This document shows, piece by piece, positions 27,907-37,086 of a stretch of 64,000 bases of DNA (positions within the stretch are counted from its first letter, which is position 1; every line of letters begins with the position of its first letter). The notes under the pieces were generated by a model, which made no database searches, had not been told where the DNA came from, and was given only the letters and a program-made list of their open reading frames with translations. The position numbers and the translations under genes are program-made. The stretch spans positions 308-64,307 of the forward strand of contig CAYVEO010000006.1 in the NCBI GenBank assembly GCA_964449965.1. The letters run 5' to 3'. Source of the DNA: an uncultured Planctomycetia bacterium. Lineage in GTDB: Bacteria; Omnitrophota; Gorgyraeia; CAYVEO01.

Positions 27907-28713
27907 ATGGGATTTAAAAATACTTTATTGATTATTATATGTCTCTTTGTAATATTGGCTGGCTGCGGCAGGACTACACGGGTCTATTTAAGAACCGATA
28001 CAAGAATCTCCCGTTTAGAACAAGTGGCAATCCTGCCTTTTGATAACATAAGCGGTGAGGCAGATGCAGGGGAAAAGGTCAGGAATGTTTTTCTAACGGG
28101 CTTATATAACTTAGGGGTTTTGGGTGTAGTTGAATCAGGAGAAGTGGAAAGGTTTCTTTTAGAAGAGAGGCTCAGGTCCACAGCCCAGCTAAATACCGAA
28201 ATCATTCAGAAGATGGGTAAAAAACTCAAGGTGGATGGAATTATATTAGGGGCTGTGCAAGAGTATAAATATACGAGGATAGGAAATGAAGACGTTCCTG
28301 TAGTATCAATCAGCATCAGGATTGTAGATACCGGGACCGGCAGTATCATTATGGCTGTTACCCATTCCAGGGCTGGAAATGACAGGGAAAAAGTATTCGG
28401 GCTCGGAAGAATCAGGACGTTAAGCCAGATGACGGATATCGTAATTGATGAATTGCTTAACTCATTGGCAGTAAAACTCCCGCCGAGGTATGCAATGAGA
28501 AAGAAGATAATCACGGAGACTACAATGCCCTCAAAACCTTCAGAAGAGACGGTAAAGATTCCTGAAGAACCAGGAAAGATTGAGGAGGAAAAGAAACAAG
28601 AAGAGGCTGTTCCTGTAGAAAAAAGTGCAGATGAATTAAAGGAAGAATCGCGAAAGTTGTCCAAGGAATATTTTGAAAAGATTAAAGAAGAGAGGGGTGT
28701 GACAGAAAAGTGA
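27907..28713 (+). CDS. lipoprotein paralog of the 27306 gene with a Lys/Glu-rich C-terminal tail (start at 27907 with GGAGG RBS preferred over 27871)
   Basis: Lipobox LAGCG. VAILPFDNISGEADAGEKV...VVESGEVERF parallels the upstream paralog. C-terminal EEKKQEEAVPVEKSADELKEE. Confidence 0.5.
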   Translation: MGFKNTLLIIICLFVILAGCGRTTRVYLRTDTRISRLEQVAILPFDNISGEADAGEKVRNVFLTGLYNLGVLGVVESGEVERFLLEERLRSTAQLNTEIIQKMGKKLKVDGIILGAVQEYKYTRIGNEDVPVVSISIRIVDTGTGSIIMAVTHSRAGNDREKVFGLGRIRTLSQMTDIVIDELLNSLAVKLPPRYAMRKKIITETTMPSKPSEETVKIPEEPGKIEEEKKQEEAVPVEKSADELKEESRKLSKEYFEKIKEERGVTEK

Positions 28714-29291
28714 AAACAAAGAAGGATTACAAGAGAAGAAAGTTTTTCATAAGAGAAGGTTCGCAGTTGAGAATAGTCTTTGGGATACAGTTGATATTTT
28801 TTATCATGATGGTAATATGCGGCGGAATATTTTACAAGATAGCCAACAAAGACCTGACAGAGAGCTATTTTTCAGCTCACTGGAAGATAAAGAAGACTAT
28901 GGAGCTGCTCCTGCCAAGTCTCCTTATTATAAATTTTGCAGGGCTTATCGTGGGAACAATTGTAAATATATTCTTTGTGCATAGAATCACAGGGCCTATT
29001 CACAGGTTATGCCGCATCTTGAAAGATACGGGTAACGGCAATCTATCTCACACCATTAAGTTCAGGGATTATGACGAATTAAAAGAACTTGCTTTTGCAT
29101 CTAATGAGATGATGGCTTTGCTTAAGGAAAGGATACAGAGACTAAAGGCAATATCAGTTTCACTGGAGAAGGATATAAAGGAGACGAATGCAATAGAAAA
29201 TAAATTGCCTTCAGATTTGAAACTAACAGTAGATAAATTAGTTAAGGATTCGCAGGATTTTGTTAAGGAGATGTCAAGATATAAGGTGTAA
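28710..29291 (+). CDS. membrane protein with HAMP-like linker domain and coiled-coil tail
   Basis: Two TM helices followed by HRITGPIHRLCRILKDTGNGNLSHTIKFRDYDELKELAFASNEMMALL (HAMP-like). No kinase domain. Confidence 0.45.
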   Translation: MKTKKDYKRRKFFIREGSQLRIVFGIQLIFFIMMVICGGIFYKIANKDLTESYFSAHWKIKKTMELLLPSLLIINFAGLIVGTIVNIFFVHRITGPIHRLCRILKDTGNGNLSHTIKFRDYDELKELAFASNEMMALLKERIQRLKAISVSLEKDIKETNAIENKLPSDLKLTVDKLVKDSQDFVKEMSRYKV

Positions 29292-29298
29292 ATTATAA

Positions 29299-29784
29299 AT
29301 GCAAAATGACAATGGAAAATTTAGATTTTTAGTTATCTTAATAATTACTTTAGTTTTTATCTTTAGCATGGTTTCTTTACATTCCCAGAATGAGGGAAAG
29401 GCTGAGCGCGGCAGTCTATGTTTTCCGTGCCACGCTGATTTTAAGGACAAAAATGTTGGATATGAACATAAGCCTTTTATACAGGAGGACTGCAGCAGGT
29501 GCCATAAGTTTCATGGTGACAATCCCAGGAAAGGTAACCTTAAAAAGAATTTTTCCCAGGCAGATATTGATTTGTGTTACTCATGCCACCCCAACGATAA
29601 ATTAGGGCTGTCCCATCCAGTAGGCGGTAATATGAGGGACCCTAACACAGGTTATCTGATGACGTGCACCTCTACGTGCCATGACCCGCATGGAAGTGAT
29701 TACAGGTTTATACTGCGACAGGAGGGTGGTAAAAATTTATGTATAAGTTGTCACAAAGAACTTATAGAAGGAAGGGGACGATGA
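29299..29784 (+). CDS. small c-type cytochrome (4 CxxCH plus one CX3CH, CTSTCH)
   Basis: Signal anchor. CFPCH, CSRCH, CYSCH, CISCH and an atypical CTSTCH. Confidence 0.7.
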   Translation: MQNDNGKFRFLVILIITLVFIFSMVSLHSQNEGKAERGSLCFPCHADFKDKNVGYEHKPFIQEDCSRCHKFHGDNPRKGNLKKNFSQADIDLCYSCHPNDKLGLSHPVGGNMRDPNTGYLMTCTSTCHDPHGSDYRFILRQEGGKNLCISCHKELIEGRGR

Positions 29785-29785
29785 G

Positions 29786-30529
29786 ATGAATAAGTTCATG
29801 GTGGTTATTACTATAGCAGCCATTTGTATCACACCATCTCTTGCATTCGGCTACAATACCATGTGGCAGGAGAGAGGGGAAAAGCCGTGTCTTCAATGTC
29901 ACGGTGAAAAGATGGAGGGATTGTTCAAGAAGAAGAACGTCCATTTTCCATTCGCTCAAAAAGAATGTGAATCATGCCATGACCCAAAGGCATTTTCATT
30001 AGTAGCCCAGGGTTCTGAACTATGTTTTGGCTGCCACAGTGATAAGGCTGATGAATTCAAAAAAGGGCATACCCATACCCCTGTCAAAAACGGTCAGTGT
30101 ATTAAGTGCCACAGCCCCCATGCCTCAGATAATAAATATCAATTAACCAATGATGTTCCAAAACTCTGTTTTTCCTGCCATAAAGAAGACAGATTTACAA
30201 AGGTTAAATTTACCCATTTCCCTGTAGAAGAGGGCAATTGCCTCTTATGCCACGGCCATCATAATGGGATAGATAGAAGTAACCTTAAAAGCGCTGTCTC
30301 AGACCTATGCACCACCTGCCATGATAAGGATAGCATGATAATCCCGCACCCCACAGATGTCATTCCAACTGATAAGATAGTAATCCCTAAGGATAGCCAG
30401 ATGAAGTTAGATGAGAAAGGTATGGTTACTTGTGTGACCTGCCATAACCAGCATGGCTCAAATCTTGCATTCTTTTTGAAAGAGAGTATGGAAGATGGGG
30501 CAATGTGTTATAAGTGCCACAAGAAATGA
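29786..30529 (+). CDS. nonaheme c-type cytochrome
   Basis: Signal peptide. Nine CxxCH motifs (CLQCH, CESCH, CFGCH, CIKCH, CFSCH, CLLCH, CTTCH, CVTCH, CYKCH). Confidence 0.75.
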   Translation: MNKFMVVITIAAICITPSLAFGYNTMWQERGEKPCLQCHGEKMEGLFKKKNVHFPFAQKECESCHDPKAFSLVAQGSELCFGCHSDKADEFKKGHTHTPVKNGQCIKCHSPHASDNKYQLTNDVPKLCFSCHKEDRFTKVKFTHFPVEEGNCLLCHGHHNGIDRSNLKSAVSDLCTTCHDKDSMIIPHPTDVIPTDKIVIPKDSQMKLDEKGMVTCVTCHNQHGSNLAFFLKESMEDGAMCYKCHKK

Positions 30530-30560
30530 TTACACAAATTAAAAATGTTTAGATGTCTTA

Positions 30561-30860
30561 ATGGGATACCAATGGCCTGGTAATATCAGGGAATTGAAAC
30601 ATTTGATAGAACGTCTTAGCCTGCTAAAAGTTGGAAAGAACATTAAACTAACAGACCTACCCCATGAGATGAGATTGCCTGTAGTTAACGGGAGAATATT
30701 AGAACCTGGTAAGTATTCTTTTCAGGAGGTAATTTCTTCTACCGAGAGAGAATTTATAACCTCTGCTCTCCAGATGGCAGGAGGCAACAAAAGCAAAGCA
30801 GCAGAGATATTGAAAATGAAACCCTCCACATTTCGGGATAAATTAAAAAAGATACGGTAA
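30561..30860 (+). pseudogene. C-terminal remnant of a sigma-54 activator (WPGNIREL plus Fis-type HTH only)
   Basis: The 99-aa ORF begins exactly at the YQWPGNIRELKHLIERL motif and ends with an HTH (AAEILKMKPSTFRDKLKKI). REC and AAA+ domains are absent. An intact paralog lies at 41368-42720 in the same relative position of the duplicated module. Confidence 0.55.
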
Positions 30861-30996
30861 CCCGTCATTCTCACGCAATTCCGTGAGATATTGTTATGAA
30901 GTCATTGCGAGGAACGTAGTGACGAAGCAATCTAATATTTATGTAACACATTTATAAACAACATGTTATATAAATCAGACATATCTGAATTTAACT

Positions 30997-31013
30997 TTGG
31001 CATGAAAATTGCT
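30997..31013 (+). promoter_or_regulatory. sigma-54 promoter TTGGCATGAAAATTGCT
   Basis: TGGCAT-N5-TTGCT with canonical GG/GC spacing. The predicted start (about 31024) lies 5 nt before the ATG at 31029. The ATGs at 30963 and 31002 fall inside or upstream of the promoter and are therefore rejected as starts. Confidence 0.55.
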
Positions 31014-31028
31014 ATAATTATGTATTAT

Positions 31029-32342
31029 ATGAAATACAGTTTGTGTTTAATATGGTTACTCATAATAATATGTGTCCTTGGTGTAGGATTAGAAGCAGCA
31101 ACTATGCCTGAGATACATGGTTATAGCCGTCAGGAATACCGGGTGCGCTGGAGTGAAACCCAGGAAGACCAGGATTTCTACCAGTATCTTTCGTTAAATT
31201 TGGGTAAGGAAGGAAAGGATAAAGTCACAGGCTCCTTCTTTAGCCGGCTCTCCGCTGATATTGACGGCCGCCAGTCAGGCAATAGTTTCTATCCCTTCGC
31301 TGATATTACCGATACTTATCAGGATAATATAAATGGGCGCATCTATCAGGCATACCTGGATTTTAATGATGTGAAGTATTTGTCAAAACTGCGGTTAGGC
31401 AGGCAATATGTCTATGAAGGCGAGACGGTCCAGTTTGATGGGGCGAGATTAGAACTAAAGCCCTACTGGGAGAATATTGATTTCTCTTTCTACGGGGGCG
31501 TGCCTACGCATCTTTACGAATCTTCTCTTTCAGGCGACTGGATTTTAGGAACCGGTATTGAAGGGCACCCATTAGATGGGACAAGACTGAGATTGGATTA
31601 TGTCTATGTAGAGGATGATAATGCCACCTGGGGTGACCACAACGATGACCTCTGGGTTTTAAGCGGATGGCAGAGGGTTATGGACAACTTAAACCTGAAT
31701 GGAAAATACTCTTTCTTGGATAAAAAAGAAAGGGACGCATCTTTACGCGCAAATCTGAACTATCCTGACAAAGACCTCTCTTTTCAGGCGTCTTATTTCA
31801 GGCAACTGGAGACCTTAAGGGATTTTTCCGTAGAATTTTCTCCATTTTATCCGGTGGCTGGCGAATATTTCCCGTTCCATCAGTATGATTTTTCCTGCCG
31901 TAAAGGGTTCGGGGAAAAATTGGGAATAGAGGCAGGGGTTAGCACACGGGATTTGGTAGAAGATACAACTGAGACTAATTTTAATCACGAATATGATAGG
32001 TATTTTATTACCATTTCTATTTATGAATTCTTGCTTGAAGATACAGAGTTCTCTCTCACTGCCGAGCAATGGAGTTCAAACGACGATATAAGGACTTTAG
32101 GTTTTGAGGCGGAGAAGAAATTTAATAAAAACGTAGAAGTCAAGGCAGGCTCATATTATTCTCTTTACAAATATGATTATTATACAAGCCAGGAGAGGGA
32201 TGATGTGCGGACTGCTTTTCTTGAATTGGAATTAAAGCCGTGGAAGAAAAAAGATGTAAAGTGGGAAATAAGATACGAAGCCGAAGACGATGATTTTGAT
32301 GTGTATCATACACTTAAAACAGGGATAAAATGTAATTTTTGA
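31029..32342 (+). CDS. predicted outer-membrane beta-barrel (porin-like) protein, paralog of the 42923 gene
   Basis: Signal peptide MKYSLCLIWLLIIICVLGVGLEAA. Alternating amphipathic beta-strand character and a C-terminal ...KCNF. Shares about 40% identity by eye with 42923-44233 (for example YRVRWSE, DIDGR, LYKYDYYT, IRYEAEDDDF). Confidence 0.5.
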   Translation: MKYSLCLIWLLIIICVLGVGLEAATMPEIHGYSRQEYRVRWSETQEDQDFYQYLSLNLGKEGKDKVTGSFFSRLSADIDGRQSGNSFYPFADITDTYQDNINGRIYQAYLDFNDVKYLSKLRLGRQYVYEGETVQFDGARLELKPYWENIDFSFYGGVPTHLYESSLSGDWILGTGIEGHPLDGTRLRLDYVYVEDDNATWGDHNDDLWVLSGWQRVMDNLNLNGKYSFLDKKERDASLRANLNYPDKDLSFQASYFRQLETLRDFSVEFSPFYPVAGEYFPFHQYDFSCRKGFGEKLGIEAGVSTRDLVEDTTETNFNHEYDRYFITISIYEFLLEDTEFSLTAEQWSSNDDIRTLGFEAEKKFNKNVEVKAGSYYSLYKYDYYTSQERDDVRTAFLELELKPWKKKDVKWEIRYEAEDDDFDVYHTLKTGIKCNF

Positions 32343-32354
32343 CAGGAGGCTGTC

Positions 32355-33380
32355 TTGAAAAGAAGGACAATAGTGATATTCTTAGGGGTGTTAATTCTGG
32401 GACTTTTATCCTCAGGCTGTAAAGAATGGCCAATAAAGTTCAGCCATAAGAACCACCTCAAGCAGAGAATAGAGTGTGAATCCTGCCATGCCATTAAGCC
32501 AGGATACGAACTCCCTGCAATACCTGATATGACAGTCTGTACCACATGCCATGATGTTGATAAAGAGGCAGGTTTAAAAGAAATCAAAGAACATAAGACT
32601 GCACCAGCCGAGTGTGGTAAATGCCATATAGGAATACCAGGTGAGAAGAAGATAGAGTGGGCAAAATGGTGTGAATTCCCGGACGTCAGATTCTCGCATG
32701 AAAATCACTATAAAGAACGTCATATAGACTGTAAAATCTGCCATGAGGGAATAGATAAAGTAGATAAGCCAACCATGCTACAGGTTCCCCGTATGGAAAC
32801 CTGTATGGGATGTCATGAAAAGAATAAGAAAGAAATTAACTGCCAGCAATGCCATAGCGAGAAGGCAAAAGAGACCCGTCCACAGGACCATCTGGTTGGT
32901 TGGCAGAAGAGACATGGTGATTTAATAAAAGAAGGGATTGACCCGCGCGGTGAGGCAAAATGTTACCGTTGTCACAGAAAAGATTCCTGCGTTGACTGCC
33001 ATCAGAATGAAGCACCGGCTGACCATACCAACCACTGGAGACAGCGCGGGCATGGGATTGCATCGGAGATTGACAGGGACAGGTGTGCAAAGTGTCATCA
33101 GATGGACGAGTGTGTGCGGTGCCACGAACAGACTGCACCGCGGAATCATACCGCAGGGTGGAGTGGAAGCAGTCAGAGGCATTGTTCAGTCTGCCACTGG
33201 CCCCTTAATGCTGTTGGTTGTTCTGCGTGTCATAAAGGAACGCCAGGACACGATGCTGCGCCGGACAGGCCGGGCGGGACTGCACACACATCGGGAAGCG
33301 ATTGCAGGGCATGTCATATGCCCGGTACCGGGTTACCACACCCGGATGACGGTGGGAGTTGTGAACGTTGCCATAGATGA
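32355..33380 (+). CDS. lipoprotein multiheme c-type cytochrome (14 CxxCH in 341 aa)
   Basis: Lipobox LLSSGC. I counted 14 CxxCH motifs. Paralogous to 44178-45050 in the N-terminal region (NHL.QRIECESCH versus NHLERGLECPTCH). Confidence 0.8.
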   Translation: MKRRTIVIFLGVLILGLLSSGCKEWPIKFSHKNHLKQRIECESCHAIKPGYELPAIPDMTVCTTCHDVDKEAGLKEIKEHKTAPAECGKCHIGIPGEKKIEWAKWCEFPDVRFSHENHYKERHIDCKICHEGIDKVDKPTMLQVPRMETCMGCHEKNKKEINCQQCHSEKAKETRPQDHLVGWQKRHGDLIKEGIDPRGEAKCYRCHRKDSCVDCHQNEAPADHTNHWRQRGHGIASEIDRDRCAKCHQMDECVRCHEQTAPRNHTAGWSGSSQRHCSVCHWPLNAVGCSACHKGTPGHDAAPDRPGGTAHTSGSDCRACHMPGTGLPHPDDGGSCERCHR

Positions 33381-33387
33381 AATAAAG

Positions 33388-33437
33388 TTGACAGTTAACA
33401 GTTTACAGTTGAAATGCCATAGTTGTTTACTGTAAAT
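33388..33437. promoter_or_regulatory. heptamer array GTTGACA-GTTAACA-GTTTACA-GTTGAAA plus inverted copy ACTGTAAA (TTTACAGT-N19-ACTGTAAA dyad)
   Basis: Shares the 19-mer ACAGTTAACAGTTTACAGT with 3565-3583. Sits between two cytochrome genes upstream of the 33480 RBS. Confidence 0.4.
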
Positions 33438-33479
33438 TAGAAAGTCATGGCTAAATTTATGTAAAAGGAGGTTTTTGAA

Positions 33480-36293
33480 ATGTTTAAAGATGAATTTAGA
33501 GAACGGTGTTTAATAATAATTGCATTGTTATTGGCCGTAGGATTAGCCCTGGCGTGCGGCGGTGGTGGAGGAGGTGACAAAGGAGAGGAGACCACGGGCA
33601 AGGTCTCAGGGACTGTTACAGGGAGTGGGGGACTGGCAAATGTAACAGTATCCACAGACAAAGGTGACCATACCACGACCACAGATAGCAGCGGTAATTA
33701 TACCCTCTCAGGCGTTGAACCCAATACATATACCCTGCGCGCCTCTTTGAATAATTATGAGACAACAACTGCTATTGATAAGGTAATAACTGCCGGCAAT
33801 ACCACGTCACAGAATTTTGAACTTTCTACTTTCAATGACAAACCATATGTAGGTTCTGTGCGCTGTAAGGTATGCCATAATGCCCTGTATCAATCATGGA
33901 AAGATACCCTGCATACCAAGAAACTGCGTTATCCAACAGACTCACCGGGAGTAGTGGCGGATAGCGATGCTGATGGGACAGATGATTTTAAAGAAGGGTT
34001 AGACCTTTCAACTGACAGCAGTTTCAGCGCCTACGGAACCAATGCCCCTGTTTTAGGTTATTCAGATGGAAACTATACTGTTAAGATTGGCCAGGTTACC
34101 TATACAGTCAATAAGACCATAGGTGGTAAGTGGAAACAGAGATACGTCACACAGCAGGGAAATAGCCACTATATCTTACCAGTCCACTATAATGTAGAAG
34201 CCAGGGACTGGACAACATATGATGCATCAAACTGGTATGACAGTTCTAACCTTCCTATATATGGTCCAGGTGATACATTTGTCTCCAAGGGAAATCAGAA
34301 TGATGCATATGAAAGGCGATGCGGCGGATGCCATGTTTCAGACTATGTGCCGAATTACATTGCTTCTACAGGGGAATGGCAGCACAGTTATCTTGAAATG
34401 CCTATCGGCTGCGAAATGTGTCATGGACCTGGTGGTAAGCATATCGTTACCCAGAGTCCGGAAGATATTATAGACCCCGGAAATTCAAGTGACCTTACCA
34501 CTGATCTGGCAAACCAGGTCTGCGGAATGTGCCATACCCGCGGGACAGGCGAAGCAGGCAGCGGGGCCCCCTCTAATTATGATTTCCCATTTGATACCAC
34601 ATTACAGAGGATTTTCAGACCAGGCGATACATTAACTAATTTCTATACTCATACAACAACATCCAGTGAGTATTGGGGACTAGATTTTCTTTCATCAACT
34701 TATCTGATTAATTCTACCAATGTCTTAGGTAAGAACTTTGTGACCTCTAAAGGTCATCATCAGCAGTATCTTGACCTGTATAACGGACCTCATGCCGCGG
34801 CTGGTCTTTCCTGTTTTGATTGCCATGACCCTCATGGTGCAACACAGGAAGGACAGATAATTACCAGCCGTAGTGACAATGACGGCGAGAATATTACAAT
34901 CCAAACCGGGACTGATAATAATACACTATGCCTTTCCTGTCATGCTGAGGATACTCCTTTTACAACAGTGACCAATGAAATGGTAAGAGATGTTTCGTCC
35001 GGTACAGTAAACGATACCTTGAAAAATGCTGTATTAGACCATATGGGTGAAGAGGCAGTGATGCGTGATGAGGATGAGATTACTTATGACCCTGAAGGGA
35101 CAGGCGTGGGCAGATGCACAAAATGTCATATGCCAAAGACTGCAAAGACTGCGGCCGATTGGTTAGATGATGAGGCCGGGTTTGATAAAGGGGACTTACA
35201 CTCCCATACATTCCGGGTTATATTTCCCAATGTGAACCGCGTCCTTGGTCTTACTATGACAAATTCATGCACAGAATGTCACGCCACAACAAGTGAACAT
35301 TTCAAAGAGGCGTGGCAGTGGTCAATCTCAGGACATGCAGATTTGAGTGCAAGTCATTATAAATATGCCACTGGGTCAACCCGTACGTCCTGTGTGAGAT
35401 GCCATTCCGGTGAAGGTTTTGTTGACAGCATCGCTGATGGTGTGGGCGGCAAATCTGACTCTACCGAGGAGGCTACTCTTAGAACAGACTATAAACTCCA
35501 TTCCTGCTACACCTGCCATGACCCGACAGCGAGTTCGCCCACAGCACGTCGTTCTATTCCTACAGTGAAATTCCCGTCTGACGTCACAAAAACACAGGCT
35601 GAGGTTGGGGATTCTGCTTTATGTATCTCCTGCCATCAGTATAGAACTGCAGGAGCTACAGCAGTTGCAGACGCGATAGCCAGCCGCGACAGCGGCGGTA
35701 GTTTCAGCACAGTCGCAGGAAAGGTTAATCCGCATTATCGCGGCGGAGCCGCCATGTTGTATGGTTCAGGCGTGGACGGCGGATATGAATATACAGGCAA
35801 GACCTATTCTAACGGTATAACCGCGCACCAGACCACGAACTGTGTTGGCTGTCACATGGCTGATGCCAGCAGCAATAATGTCGGCGGCCATACATGGGCT
35901 ATGCACACCGCGGATGAGAGCGAACTTAACAACGCTATCTGTGCCACATGCCATACAGGCGGCGTGTCGTCATTTGACACATTCCGTTCAGGCAGCACAG
36001 GAAAGGATTATGACGGTGACGGGAACAGTACAGAGGGCATTCAGGAAGAGATTGCAGGTTTAAAGACCGCCCTTTTAACCCAGTTGAGCACTCTGGGTAT
36101 AACCAGCACCACCATTTATCCTTACTGGAGCGGGACCGCCTGGGTTGATAAAGCAATAAAGGGCGCCTATACCTATAATTTTGTTGACCATGACCCCGGG
36201 GCAGGGATTCATAACTTTGCCTATGCAATTCAACTCTTACGTGATGCTATAGAAGATATTAGCGGGGCAGCTCCAGCAGGTGTTCGTCCCTAA
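33480..36293 (+). CDS. large lipoprotein multiheme c-type cytochrome (13 CxxCH) with N-terminal Gly linker and Ig/PEGA-like domain
   Basis: Lipobox LALACGGGGGG. N-terminal beta-sandwich-like segment (GKVSGTVTGSGGLANVTVSTDKGDHTTTTDSSGNYTLSGVEPNTYTLRAS). 13 CxxCH motifs spread over about 800 aa, consistent with an extracellular decaheme-type cytochrome. Confidence 0.75.
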   Translation: MFKDEFRERCLIIIALLLAVGLALACGGGGGGDKGEETTGKVSGTVTGSGGLANVTVSTDKGDHTTTTDSSGNYTLSGVEPNTYTLRASLNNYETTTAIDKVITAGNTTSQNFELSTFNDKPYVGSVRCKVCHNALYQSWKDTLHTKKLRYPTDSPGVVADSDADGTDDFKEGLDLSTDSSFSAYGTNAPVLGYSDGNYTVKIGQVTYTVNKTIGGKWKQRYVTQQGNSHYILPVHYNVEARDWTTYDASNWYDSSNLPIYGPGDTFVSKGNQNDAYERRCGGCHVSDYVPNYIASTGEWQHSYLEMPIGCEMCHGPGGKHIVTQSPEDIIDPGNSSDLTTDLANQVCGMCHTRGTGEAGSGAPSNYDFPFDTTLQRIFRPGDTLTNFYTHTTTSSEYWGLDFLSSTYLINSTNVLGKNFVTSKGHHQQYLDLYNGPHAAAGLSCFDCHDPHGATQEGQIITSRSDNDGENITIQTGTDNNTLCLSCHAEDTPFTTVTNEMVRDVSSGTVNDTLKNAVLDHMGEEAVMRDEDEITYDPEGTGVGRCTKCHMPKTAKTAADWLDDEAGFDKGDLHSHTFRVIFPNVNRVLGLTMTNSCTECHATTSEHFKEAWQWSISGHADLSASHYKYATGSTRTSCVRCHSGEGFVDSIADGVGGKSDSTEEATLRTDYKLHSCYTCHDPTASSPTARRSIPTVKFPSDVTKTQAEVGDSALCISCHQYRTAGATAVADAIASRDSGGSFSTVAGKVNPHYRGGAAMLYGSGVDGGYEYTGKTYSNGITAHQTTNCVGCHMADASSNNVGGHTWAMHTADESELNNAICATCHTGGVSSFDTFRSGSTGKDYDGDGNSTEGIQEEIAGLKTALLTQLSTLGITSTTIYPYWSGTAWVDKAIKGAYTYNFVDHDPGAGIHNFAYAIQLLRDAIEDISGAAPAGVRP

Positions 36294-36294
36294 G

Positions 36295-36414
36295 AAAAAA
36301 GGGGACGGTTCTATTTTTGGGAAAATTCTTAACTTTAAAACCTCATTGGTTACAGTCATAATAATTAAGTATTTCATCCCTTTCTCGCATTAAAAATAGA
36401 ACCGTCCCCTTTTT
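36295..36414. repeat. 120-bp element bounded by perfect 23-bp inverted repeats (AAAAAGGGGACGGTTCTATTTTT ... AAAAATAGAACCGTCCCCTTTTT)
   Basis: The arms at 36296-36318 and 36392-36414 are exact reverse complements, separated by 73 nt of AT-rich sequence. Lies directly after the cytochrome stop codon. Confidence 0.6.
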
Positions 36415-36455
36415 CCATTGACTTTTTTATTTTTACAAAGTAAAATACAGTCATC

Positions 36456-37086
36456 GTGGAGATACTACATTATTTTGCATCAGGGTTGTGCCACCAGATA
36501 CAGGACAGGAGTTTTCAGTTTGGCAGTTTTACCCTTCCATTCTGTGTTAGATGTACCGGGGTCTATTGGGGGGTGCTTTCTGGTTTCATCGGTGTCTGGT
36601 TAGCAGGTGGTGGAAAGAGAAGCGGGTTACCTGTCTCTACCATGAGATGGGTATCGCTTTTGTTGCTGTGCATATTTCCTGACAGAGAGGCTCTTGCCTT
36701 TCTCAGTCCCGCTTTTCGTTCGCACTTATATTGGCGTGGGATTTGGCATATCCTTCTCTATATATTTGATTCCACTCTTTAATTATTTTTTCTGGTATAA
36801 CAAAAGGGATAATAAACCAATACTTGATAAATTTACGGTATTTATCCTGATTTTATTTATGAGTCTAAGTATCTTTGAGTTTGGACGGTTTTCGGATTCT
36901 GTGGTCGCCGGATATATATTGGGAATTTTGTCTGTGGCTGGGGCAATGATTCTTTATCTTGTTCTTAATCTTACTATAATAAGTTCAATACCCTGGTTTC
37001 GCAGATTTCCCAGGAGTTATCTTGTCCGGATTCCTTTAAGTTTATTTTTAGCAATGGGAGAAATCACACTGATAAAAATATGGTAA
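36456..37086 (+). pseudogene. DUF2085-like small membrane protein, apparently split into two overlapping ORFs (36456-36782 and 36694-37086) by a frameshift
   Basis: The first ORF carries the CHQ...RSF...G..PFCVRCTGVYWG signature. Both ORFs are hydrophobic and overlap in different frames over 36694-36782. Confidence 0.35.

Noticed and set aside
30963-31028. ORF-track start codons at 30963 and 31002 for the outer-membrane barrel gene
   Set aside because: A well-formed sigma-54 promoter (30997-31013) overlaps or follows them. The paralog aligns only from the MKYSLCLIWLL signal peptide onward, so the start at 31029 is preferred.
33557-33580. GGCGGTGGTGGAGGAGG-type purine-rich runs (also at 45141-45165) that resemble simple sequence repeats or phase-variation tracts
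   Set aside because: They encode the poly-Gly linkers after the lipobox Cys of two lipoprotein cytochromes and are in frame. There is no evidence of slippage-prone homopolymers.
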